In this document: in pieces, positions 20,061 through 28,456 of the stretch
Numbering within the stretch: the stretch's first letter is position 1
Layout: each line of letters starts with the position of its first letter
From: a virus
IMG/VR virus record: IMGVR_UViG_3300033233_000004
Coordinates: 1 to 64,000 of that record
DNA: 64,000 nucleotides
Direction: 5' to 3' (one strand)
Program-made: the position numbers and the translations under genes
The notes under the pieces: model-generated
What the model was told of the DNA's origin: nothing
The model's database searches: none
Seen by the model: the letters and a program-made list of their open reading frames with translations, nothing else

Positions 20061-20367
20061 ACCACACCTTACCGAGCCGAAAAACTACCGCAACTCACCC
20101 TACCGTAACGGGACAAACCGTACCACGCCATATTTTACATCTTGAACCTTGAAGCACCTTTAGAGCACTTCAAGATTGAATTTCAACCATACCTTAACGG
20201 AACAAACCGCATCTCACCACAAACATAACGCACCGAGCCGCACCGTGCCTCGCCATATTTTTTTGAACTCCGACCAGCCTTTAGAACTAATCGGAATTGA
20301 GAAACTTACCGTACCACGACTTAACTTACCGAGCCTAACCCTGACTCACCATATCCGAACCGAACCA
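20061..20367 (-). ncRNA. Upstream guide-like array: three GGY/GTY-NN pentamer tracts (20061-20131, 20186-20256, 20303-20367) and two 33-nt hairpins (20145-20177, 20266-20298)
   Basis: 14, 14 and 13 pentamers (two tracts carry a 1-nt insertion); same hairpin architecture as the downstream array. Confidence 0.85.
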
Positions 20368-20369
20368 AA

Positions 20370-21323
20370 TTACACTCTTTGTGCTTTCTTTTTTCCAACC
20401 ACACTTACCAACGCAGACCCACGCTTCTTTGAACGCAGTGTACGCTTCTGACTCTTCACAGGCGTAGTCTCCACCTTCGTCCGTTCAATAGGACGAAATG
20501 TAAAGCCCTGCCGTGCAAGCATTGGTCGAGCGTACTTCTCGGCAACTTTCCTCAGTTCTTCTGCCTTGCGTTGCTTCATGTCGTCTTCACTCATACCAGT
20601 GTACCCTTGCATCGCTTCCTCGACTTCTCTCGGAATAGAATAGAGAAGTGGTTTGTGTGTAATACCAGTATTGTCCACGGTAATAAGAAGTGCACCAATG
20701 GATACCGTGTTTCCATACCCCATGAACTCGGTAGGATATTCCCAACAACCGTTGTGGATGATACGCACGGCACCATCGAACTTCTCTTCATACCGATGAA
20801 GATGTGCACCAACCAACATAGCTACTGGTTGCATCTCACTGTGACGTGTACGTTGAAACACAATGCGTTGTTCTGTCATAGTATTTCGAGATTTATGCGT
20901 GAAGACTATATCCCCATATGGAGTACCTATTGTTTGTATAACTTTATGATGCTTACCGCCCAATTTTTCAGTTACCTGTCGGTCTGCATCAAAACCCGAC
21001 CCCTTACCATAGTGGTAACCACTACCTGTTACACCGAGAACACGAATCTTTCCACCATAGAGCAATGGCTGAATCAGTCTAACAGCATCAGATACCTGTT
21101 CATCTACGTCAGTCAACCAAAGAGTAGACGAATCTTTGTGAGCATTACCATCGACCATATCTCCAAGTAAGACGATAGTATCAATAATAGGTAATACTAA
21201 TCGAACCATATATTCCCATTGATCTATAGCCCACGTCTGGAATGCATTCATACTTTTATTAGCACGTGAAGCAAGACCGTACTGAGAACCATCATGTATA
21301 TCATTAAGGACGAGAATATTCAT
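20370..21323 (-). CDS. Calcineurin-like metallophosphoesterase
   Basis: NDIH, LGDMVDG, GSGYH, TH, GAHLH motifs; basic C-terminal tail. Confidence 0.8.
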   Translation of the reverse strand: MNILVLNDIHDGSQYGLASRANKSMNAFQTWAIDQWEYMVRLVLPIIDTIVLLGDMVDGNAHKDSSTLWLTDVDEQVSDAVRLIQPLLYGGKIRVLGVTGSGYHYGKGSGFDADRQVTEKLGGKHHKVIQTIGTPYGDIVFTHKSRNTMTEQRIVFQRTRHSEMQPVAMLVGAHLHRYEEKFDGAVRIIHNGCWEYPTEFMGYGNTVSIGALLITVDNTGITHKPLLYSIPREVEEAMQGYTGMSEDDMKQRKAEELRKVAEKYARPMLARQGFTFRPIERTKVETTPVKSQKRTLRSKKRGSALVSVVGKKKAQRV

Positions 21324-21347
21324 TTATTATCCCTTTCTGTTATACAA

Positions 21348-21376
21348 AAGATACAACAAAAAAACTTGAAAGTCAA
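21348..21376 (-). promoter_or_regulatory. Sigma70-type promoter
   Basis: TTGACT-17 nt-TATCTT; twin of 34849-34877. Confidence 0.7.
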
Positions 21377-21390
21377 GAGAAATCTGAACT

Positions 21391-21428
21391 AAAAAATCCA
21401 GTGCATACAAGTTATTGTAAACACTGGA
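21391..21428 (-). terminator. Intrinsic terminator after the groEL operon
   Basis: tccagtg..tacaa / ttgta..cactgga stem with U6 tail on the minus strand. Confidence 0.7.
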
Positions 21429-21453
21429 CTTACGTAAGCATACGTCTACTATC

Positions 21454-22005
21454 TCATTGCCACTCAACTTCGCCAACTACTTGAACAGCAGAACGTGTTA
21501 ATAACCTATTAAAGTACAATGGCACGTTAGCGATTATACAAAGTGGACTTTCTAAAGAGGTAAAATAGTTCAACACTTTTTCTCTATGTATATCTTGAAA
21601 TGCCGAATACACAATTTCTTGTAATGTTCCAAAACTCAAAAATGCAGCCATAGGAACTCTGTCATTTCGCTGTAAATAATGTGATTGTTTGGCAAAAGAT
21701 TCCATCAAAGGCTGGTATGCTATGATAGCCTTAAGCATTTTATCAATGTCAGTATTCGAAATACTTACTTCTTCATCAAGCTCTTGTACAAATTCACACA
21801 TCTTGCACAAAGCACATATCGAAGCATTCACCACATTGACAGGCTCATGCATATTTTCAGGCAAGCTTGGCTCCCACTCAGCAGTACTCTTTCCCACATA
21901 CTCACGAGGCATGGTCTTGAAGTAAGGACAAAAAGAAGGTGCAACTATGAGACCTTTAATTGCATCGGCAACTTCCAACTTAACTTTTGGCATACTATTC
22001 TCCAC
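21454..22005 (-). CDS. Hypothetical protein
   Basis: 183 aa, overlaps the groEL stop. Confidence 0.65.
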   Translation of the reverse strand: MENSMPKVKLEVADAIKGLIVAPSFCPYFKTMPREYVGKSTAEWEPSLPENMHEPVNVVNASICALCKMCEFVQELDEEVSISNTDIDKMLKAIIAYQPLMESFAKQSHYLQRNDRVPMAAFLSFGTLQEIVYSAFQDIHREKVLNYFTSLESPLCIIANVPLYFNRLLTRSAVQVVGEVEWQ

Positions 22006-23626
22006 CCATAGCTGGCATTCTTAATTTATAGTACATCTCGTTTCTCACATCTGTAATAGTTGCCTCCGTCGTCAATACAGTTCCTGCCACTGATGCTGCA
22101 TTTTCCAAAGCGATACGTACAACCTTTTTCGGATCAACAACACCATCTGCAATTAGATTAGAGAATCGTTCTGTAGCAGAGTTGTAACCAAAATCGTCAG
22201 CCCCTTTTAGTACTTTATCAAAAATAGACCTTGGTTCCAAACCAGCATTCTCAAGAATCTGTGTAAAAGGAGTCTTAAGAACTTTGAATACCAGTTCGGC
22301 ACCTTGTACTTGGTCATCATTAGGAAACCCCAAAGTTTCCTCGACAGCTTGACCACAACGAATCAAAGCCAATCCACCACCTGCAACAATACCCTCCTCA
22401 ATAGCAGCTTTAGTAGCATTCAATGCATCTTCTACAGAGTCCTTACGTTCCTTCAATTCACTCTCGGAACCAGCACCAACTCGTATTGAACCAACGCCAC
22501 CAGCCAATTTACTTAAACGCTCCTGCAATTTCTCTCTATCATAATCAGAAGTCACAGTAGCAAGTTGTGCTTGAATTTCACCCTTACGTTGGTCGAGACT
22601 TTCCTTTGTTCCAGCCCCACCACTAATGATAGTGTTTTCTTTGGTAATCAAAACTCTGGTAGCAGTACCCAAGTCTTGCATTGTCAATGTTTCCAAATTA
22701 CGATTCAATTCAGCAGCAATAAATGTTGCTCCTGTTAATACAGCTATGTCCTGTAAAATATCCTTGCGACGGTCACCAAAACCGGGAGCTTTTACTGCGC
22801 ATACTTTAATTCTTCCTTGCATCTTGTTAATTACAAGACCAGTTAATGCATCGCCATCTACATTATCGGAAATAATGACTAACGACCTACCTGCTTGTGT
22901 CACACGTTCCAAAAGAGGAACTAATGTCTTAAGACTACTAATAGTACGGTCATATACAAGAATGTACGGATTCTCAAAATCAGCTTCACCCTTCGGTGTA
23001 TTCACAAAATACGGCGAAACCCATCCTCGGTCGAATTGCATACCTTCTACGGTATGAATGGTAGTTTCACTGGTCTTGGAATCATCAATAGTAATAGTAC
23101 CTAATTTACCAACCTTCTGCATTGCTTCAGCAATCAAATTACCGATAGAACGATCATTGTTTGCAGCAATCGTACCGATGTTCGATATAGTTTGAACATC
23201 CTCGTAAGCAACAGGTATACGTATTTTTTCAAGATGAGCAACGATTGATTTCACCGCTTTCTCAATACCCTTACGCAGTTCCATAGGGTTGGCTCCATTG
23301 GAAACCAATCGAAAGCCTTCCTGTACCATTGCTTGAGTTAGAATGGTCGCTGTCGTAGTTCCATCACCAGCTTGTTCTGCGGTACGAGTAGCTGCCTGAA
23401 GAACCATTTGAGCACCAAGTTGTTCCACAGGGTCGGCAAGGTCTATAGACCGAGCAACTGTTACACCATCTTTTGTCACATGAGGAACACCCATCATTCT
23501 CTCAATAACAACATTACGACCCTGCGGCCCTAATGTCACTTTCACAGCAGCAGCCACCTTATCTATGCCAGATTTTAATGCTATACGGGCATCTCCGGCA
23601 TACTTGATGTCTTTTTCGATAATCAT
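21995..23626 (-). CDS. groEL: Chaperonin GroEL
   Basis: VKVTLGPQGRNV, TKDGVTVA, GDGTTTAT, EGMQFDRG, KAPGFGDRRK. Confidence 0.97.
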   Translation of the reverse strand: MIIEKDIKYAGDARIALKSGIDKVAAAVKVTLGPQGRNVVIERMMGVPHVTKDGVTVARSIDLADPVEQLGAQMVLQAATRTAEQAGDGTTTATILTQAMVQEGFRLVSNGANPMELRKGIEKAVKSIVAHLEKIRIPVAYEDVQTISNIGTIAANNDRSIGNLIAEAMQKVGKLGTITIDDSKTSETTIHTVEGMQFDRGWVSPYFVNTPKGEADFENPYILVYDRTISSLKTLVPLLERVTQAGRSLVIISDNVDGDALTGLVINKMQGRIKVCAVKAPGFGDRRKDILQDIAVLTGATFIAAELNRNLETLTMQDLGTATRVLITKENTIISGGAGTKESLDQRKGEIQAQLATVTSDYDREKLQERLSKLAGGVGSIRVGAGSESELKERKDSVEDALNATKAAIEEGIVAGGGLALIRCGQAVEETLGFPNDDQVQGAELVFKVLKTPFTQILENAGLEPRSIFDKVLKGADDFGYNSATERFSNLIADGVVDPKKVVRIALENAASVAGTVLTTEATITDVRNEMYYKLRMPAMGGE

Positions 23627-23904
23627 TGTTTGCTTCCTTCTTCTTTTGGTTTTGGAATTGACTGAATATTTTGGACAAGTTCGTATTGAGCACTACCACA
23701 ATGAAGAGTTACATTTTGTCTTCCATGTTGAATTCTTCCTATTTCAAATAATGCACACCATGTTCCACAAATAGTACCATCCATAGGGCGTTGTCCATTA
23801 GGGTCATGCTTACCATTGAAAGGACAGTATACATATTGTACACTATCGCCTTCAACTCGATTCAAATTACCTTTGCTAATAGAATACATCTCAATTCTCA
23901 ACAA
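23623..23904 (-). CDS. Hypothetical Cys-containing protein
   Basis: CPF..CGTWCALF..HC; not GroES-like. Confidence 0.6.
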   Translation of the reverse strand: MLRIEMYSISKGNLNRVEGDSVQYVYCPFNGKHDPNGQRPMDGTICGTWCALFEIGRIQHGRQNVTLHCGSAQYELVQNIQSIPKPKEEGSKQ

Positions 23905-24523
23905 GAGTTACATGGCTAATTCCATCAGAATCCTGAACTACATTATAATGCTTCGTGCCAATAGCACAAATAGCTTCGTTGTGGGTTACTATAAGAATTT
24001 GTCGTTTGAACTTCTCTGAAAACGATAAAATCAAAGCACCTAACGCTGGTTGATGAGCTATGTCTACAAATTTACCGGGTTCATCTAATACTACAGCACC
24101 TTCAAGGTCGAATAATTCCAACAATACAAAACGCAACACAATACTGATAACATCAAGAATACCACCACCTTTCATTTCTTCAATGTCACCTTCGACCTTA
24201 TTCCCATGTCCATCGGTAAGATTGAAACGAACACTTACCTGATTCCTATCAAAACCAAACTCCAAACCAAAAGTAATATCATAACCAAATACGACTCGAA
24301 TAGCTTCTGTTACTAATGGTTCGATATACTCCTTGATATTCTTTTCAGTAAGCTTCGACAATGCTTCTAAAACACTACGGGATTTGATATTGATATTCAA
24401 ATCGTCTTCAAGTGTTAAAAGTGCTGTTGTGATAGTCTCTCTCTGAGACTTCAACAACTTTAGTTCACCCAACTTCTGATGATATAATTGTGTCAATTCC
24501 TGTATACGTACATTACTGTCCAT
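23891..24523 (-). CDS. SbcC/Rad50-like ATPase, C-terminal half
   Basis: Coiled coil, signature MKGGG, Walker B VVLDEP, H-loop IVTHN. Confidence 0.85.
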   Translation of the reverse strand: MDSNVRIQELTQLYHQKLGELKLLKSQRETITTALLTLEDDLNINIKSRSVLEALSKLTEKNIKEYIEPLVTEAIRVVFGYDITFGLEFGFDRNQVSVRFNLTDGHGNKVEGDIEEMKGGGILDVISIVLRFVLLELFDLEGAVVLDEPGKFVDIAHQPALGALILSFSEKFKRQILIVTHNEAICAIGTKHYNVVQDSDGISHVTLVEN

Positions 24524-24815
24524 TCAAAATCGCTTCGGCTTGTTGAAGTTTGGCTTCCAGTTCGGCAAGTTGCTGTATCAACTCAGTTTCTTTTTCTTTA
24601 ATAACAGTTGGTAAATCAGAGACTTTTTCTATTCCTAAATCTTTGACTTGTTGAACCAACTTATTATATTGACCCTTATACATCTCCAAAAGAGCTAATT
24701 TCTCACTGCGTTTCTGCTTGACAGTTTCTACTCGTGTTTTCAATTCGGTAAATCTATCAACAGAAGAAGAAGCCTCTTTCACAACAGAAGTAGATAAAAC
24801 TTGTTTAGTTAACAT
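24513..24815 (-). CDS. Small coiled-coil protein
   Basis: 100 aa, heptad-rich. Confidence 0.7.
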   Translation of the reverse strand: MLTKQVLSTSVVKEASSSVDRFTELKTRVETVKQKRSEKLALLEMYKGQYNKLVQQVKDLGIEKVSDLPTVIKEKETELIQQLAELEAKLQQAEAILNGQ

Positions 24816-25419
24816 TCTCTTTACTCTCCTTTATTTGTTCAATAGCTTCATTTTGTCGTTTTGCCTCAATCTCCATATACTCACGCATACGTTTCATCGC
24901 CTCTACCTCCTCTGTTGGCAACTGATTGATAATAGGTAAATTTCCATGAACTATATCCTCATACATTGACGCTATACCACGAGCAAGAATAGCATCATTC
25001 AAAGCCGCCAAAGGAGACGCATCACCATAAACTTCGACAAGACACTTAGTAAAGTGAATATACAGGGAAAATAAAGGATTACCTATAGTTATTGGAAACA
25101 TTTTACGTTGAGCAAGATATCCAATACCAATATCTGTATTGTTTTCTAACTCCTGATGTAATACTTTAGAAGCAAACACGTGACTCAATAAAAGATTTTG
25201 ATCGTGCCTAACATTGAGATGATACTTCTCTGGTATAACAGTTTCCTTAATAAAGAAACTAAGTCCTTTAGAGATAAGCCACGCAGAAAATCTATATCTT
25301 AGCAGCTTCCAAAGTTTCAACGACCCGTTCTGATATTCGGTACTTATCACGCTCGGTTTCCGAAACATACAGTTCCTCAATGATGGGTGGAATATGTTGC
25401 TTGAAATCCTGTTTTTCAA
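24805..25419 (-). CDS. Hypothetical protein (true start probably near 25300)
   Basis: ORF fills the gap between sbcD-like and coiled-coil genes. Confidence 0.55.
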   Translation of the reverse strand: MKNRISSNIFHPSLRNCMFRKPSVISTEYQNGSLKLWKLLRYRFSAWLISKGLSFFIKETVIPEKYHLNVRHDQNLLLSHVFASKVLHQELENNTDIGIGYLAQRKMFPITIGNPLFSLYIHFTKCLVEVYGDASPLAALNDAILARGIASMYEDIVHGNLPIINQLPTEEVEAMKRMREYMEIEAKRQNEAIEQIKESKENVN

Positions 25420-26326
25420 GCTTAAGGGCAGATAGTTTTTCCATCAACCCTGTAAAATCTGTTACTGGTGAGCCTTCTATCTTCTCAATCCGTTCTGCAA
25501 AAGGATGCTCTGTAACATTCTTTAGATGAATATACTCATAACCCAATAATTGAGTTGCAATACCTTTGTCTTCAACTTCAACCGCAAACTTGAATACTCT
25601 AATAGGACGAATAGACCCATTTTCGGTACGCCCAATTGAACCGGGATTAACATACATTGTTCGACCAGAAACTGTCTTATCATTAGCTATGACAATAGGT
25701 GCATCCCATCCAGAATGAATATGTCCACTGAGTACAATATCAGCATGGATAAATGGGTGTATCGAATCAATCAATTGGTGCTGCCATGGAACATAGCTTG
25801 GAAATAAGTCTCCATGAACTATTTGTATAACAAATTGCTTCGTTGTAGTCGGTGGAAATGGTGTAGCAAAATTTTCAGGGGCTGCGGACAAATGTACCGA
25901 ATGCGGCGTACCTGTTACTATAACGGCACCGTCTACAAGAGAAATGATAGATGGAAACACGTCCTGTCCATTGCTCACCAATTCCATATTCCCATTAACA
26001 ACAAAGTTACCGAGTCCAGTTCGTCTGAGAGTTTTCATTTGGAATCCGTTGTAATCATGGCTTCCTAAAACACCAAGCTTACGCTTTACCTTGTAAGACT
26101 TCCAGATAGTTGCTACATCATTTATCAAACTTATAGGAGCATCGAAGCGATGGAATAAATCTCCACCAAACAACAGATAGTCAATATTTTCATCTATCAA
26201 AAGTTGACCAATCTCTTCCTGCTTCGCAAGGATAGATTTATAGTAGTTATCTGTGCGACCTTTAGGTTGGTCTCTTTCTGAACGGTTATGAGTATCGGTC
26301 ATAAATAAGAAGTTATACCGCATCAA
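25292..26326 (-). CDS. SbcD/Mre11-like nuclease
   Basis: TDTH, GGDLFH, GSHD, SGHIH, NPGSIGR. Confidence 0.88.
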   Translation of the reverse strand: MMRYNFLFMTDTHNRSERDQPKGRTDNYYKSILAKQEEIGQLLIDENIDYLLFGGDLFHRFDAPISLINDVATIWKSYKVKRKLGVLGSHDYNGFQMKTLRRTGLGNFVVNGNMELVSNGQDVFPSIISLVDGAVIVTGTPHSVHLSAAPENFATPFPPTTTKQFVIQIVHGDLFPSYVPWQHQLIDSIHPFIHADIVLSGHIHSGWDAPIVIANDKTVSGRTMYVNPGSIGRTENGSIRPIRVFKFAVEVEDKGIATQLLGYEYIHLKNVTEHPFAERIEKIEGSPVTDFTGLMEKLSALKLEKQDFKQHIPPIIEELYVSETERDKYRISERVVETLEAAKI

Positions 26327-27528
26327 AACTCTCTTTCACATACTGGACAAACACCAAGTTCTTGTTTACATTTCTCTAAATCACCCTCAACAGTCACTAC
26401 CAAATCACTCAATTCATTAAGCTCCTCTTCAACCGCCTTCTTCTGTTTATATGTAGTATTCAATTGGTTATAAAGCTGATGAAAGTTATTCAGGTCGATA
26501 GATGCCTTTTCTTTACTGGACAAATCAAAAAAGTCTTCAATTTGAGATACTGCTTCGGCTGCTTCCAATCGCCCTTCCACTACTTGTATAGAATCATCCA
26601 AGTCCTGTAATACATTAATATTGTCCACAAGAAGTGCCAATTCTACAAGAGAAAAATCATCCGTCAAGGTCTCGATGTTCTTGAAAGACTTTATATGAGC
26701 ATAAGTATCTTCAATTTGCGTCTTAAAAGCATTCAACCTATTAAACATATCCAACTTAGCTATTACATCTTCCAAATTTACAGAATTGAGAACAGACAAA
26801 CTGTTTTGTACCAATGTATTGGTCTTTAAAACAATCCTCATTTCATCTCGACAAACACCCAATTTCTGAACAAACTTTTCCAATGCAACAATATTAGCAG
26901 ATAGAGATTCAATATCATCCAAAATTGATTTAAGCTCATCAAGATATGCCAATGCTAAGAGAGATACATCCAAAGCACCAGCTTTAGCTGTTAAATCCTC
27001 ACGGTCTTTGTTCTGCACTCGCACCGTACTATTCAGATTAGCAACGGCTCGATTAATGATATCACTACCAGTCACTTTACCAAAGATACGTCCACGAAGA
27101 GATTCAACGCCAGTTCCACCAGCAAGGAACAAGCCTTCATGTTGTGTACGGATATTAAGGTCTATCTTCTCCTTTTCAAATACCTGTACTTCGGCTATCT
27201 TAAGCTCTCGTTTGACTTCCTCTGGAATTCCAACACCAAAGTTATTGTACGCATCGTCATTTATCTTGTATAAATTGATGCTATTCTTTTTCCCAACTTT
27301 CCTAACTATGGTCTTATCATCAACACTCATAGTGATGGTACAATCTTTCTGACCATAACGAATAAAGAAATCCCCGGTAGGAATGTTCCGCACTAACTTA
27401 CGAAATGCTCGAAGAATAGCTGTCTTACCTTGGTCGGATTCGCCAGTAAATACAGTAACAGTCGGAGACAATTCTATTTCTGTATCTGCGTGTGACTGAA
27501 AATTCTGAATACGAAGCGTCTTAATCAT
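26323..27528 (-). CDS. SbcC/Rad50-like ATPase, N-terminal half ending in a zinc hook
   Basis: IQNFQSH, Walker A GESDQGKT, coiled coil, terminal CPVC. Confidence 0.88.
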   Translation of the reverse strand: MIKTLRIQNFQSHADTEIELSPTVTVFTGESDQGKTAILRAFRKLVRNIPTGDFFIRYGQKDCTITMSVDDKTIVRKVGKKNSINLYKINDDAYNNFGVGIPEEVKRELKIAEVQVFEKEKIDLNIRTQHEGLFLAGGTGVESLRGRIFGKVTGSDIINRAVANLNSTVRVQNKDREDLTAKAGALDVSLLALAYLDELKSILDDIESLSANIVALEKFVQKLGVCRDEMRIVLKTNTLVQNSLSVLNSVNLEDVIAKLDMFNRLNAFKTQIEDTYAHIKSFKNIETLTDDFSLVELALLVDNINVLQDLDDSIQVVEGRLEAAEAVSQIEDFFDLSSKEKASIDLNNFHQLYNQLNTTYKQKKAVEEELNELSDLVVTVEGDLEKCKQELGVCPVCEREF

Positions 27529-28007
27529 CGAATGATTCCAAGAAGACCTAATAACACTTTAGATGCGCGAGCAGCATTTCGTTCACCATCAAACACAACA
27601 GGTGCATTTGGAGCCATCAGAAGTTCATCTATAGAACTGAATACAACCTTCGTAATAACAACACTACATCCAACAAATGCTTGTTCAACTACACCGTCTT
27701 GCTTAATGATATCAAAGAAAACCAGAGTCGAAGAAGTATCTGGATTTGCCATCTCGTCTTTTGGAATAGCATAATAGTAAGATACATTATTTTCACTGGA
27801 TTTATCTATCACTTGTAATTGATATAGAAGTACGGGGTCTTGAGGAAACGTATCTTTTTGCCATTGACGAACTTCAACTTTACGTTGTTTTGCTGCTTCT
27901 TCTTCTATATCTGTAGCTCTTTCAAAAGAAACATCAATTTTTGCTTCATTATCGTTCCGCATTGATTTCCTCTTTCGTAAAAGTAACAAGTTTGAAACTT
28001 GGGACAC
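27525..28007 (-). CDS. Hypothetical protein
   Basis: ~145-160 aa ORF. Confidence 0.6.
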   Translation of the reverse strand: MSQVSNLLLLRKRKSMRNDNEAKIDVSFERATDIEEEAAKQRKVEVRQWQKDTFPQDPVLLYQLQVIDKSSENNVSYYYAIPKDEMANPDTSSTLVFFDIIKQDGVVEQAFVGCSVVITKVVFSSIDELLMAPNAPVVFDGERNAARASKVLLGLLGIIR

Positions 28008-28434
28008 GAATCAACTCTAAGTAGGCAATTACTGCGCCTTCTTTTGCAATAAATGGATACTTGGGATTCATATTTGTTAAAATAACTTTTATAGGCTCTC
28101 TTGGAACATTATTATAGATGGTAGGAAGTACATCAACACCCTTCATCTTAAGTTCTGGTATAGGATATACCCGACATCCAACCTGACCAAATAAATTATA
28201 AATCTTACCTCGTATAATAATAGAACCAAAAGGAGCTATAGATACCCCTGTTGGAACTTCTCGCCAATTATAAGAAGGAACAGGAACCTTTTCAGATGCT
28301 CTTAAAGCATATACTCCAACCTTGCCTACAACTCGTTGTACTTTGTATCCATCGGTGATATAGACAATGGTTGGTAAATAATGTCGCAAAAGAAAATATA
28401 GCAGAACCAATAGTAGTAGTCCTGTAAGTATCAT
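27949..28434 (-). CDS. Degenerate dUTPase-like protein with N-terminal TM helix
   Basis: YALRA..VPTGVSIAP..IKVILTN..F...G..IAYL follows the trimeric dUTPase layout; catalytic motifs are lost. Confidence 0.6.
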   Translation of the reverse strand: MILTGLLLLVLLYFLLRHYLPTIVYITDGYKVQRVVGKVGVYALRASEKVPVPSYNWREVPTGVSIAPFGSIIIRGKIYNLFGQVGCRVYPIPELKMKGVDVLPTIYNNVPREPIKVILTNMNPKYPFIAKEGAVIAYLELIRVPSFKLVTFTKEEINAER

Positions 28435-28456
28435 GATGATTTATCCTTCTGATTTC

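Noticed and set aside
19978-20067. N-terminal extension of the RAMP-like ORF
   Set aside because: The RBS supports ATG 19977, and the longer start lies inside tract T4.
19084-20367. Canonical CRISPR array
   Set aside because: There are no identical direct repeats with unique spacers. The variable parts are themselves 5-periodic and the separators are conserved in structure only.
19084-20367. Simple microsatellite or pentapeptide coding repeat
   Set aside because: The NN positions vary freely while the triplets are held, the tracts have similar lengths, and they alternate with covarying hairpins.
19366-20451. Plus-strand ORFs 19366-19872 and 20176-20451
   Set aside because: They are antisense shadows of the RAMP gene and the pentamer tracts, with no motifs and against the genome-wide strand bias.
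23623-23904. GroES
   Set aside because: Size and position fit, but there is no PL.DRV or mobile-loop motif and the protein is Cys-rich.
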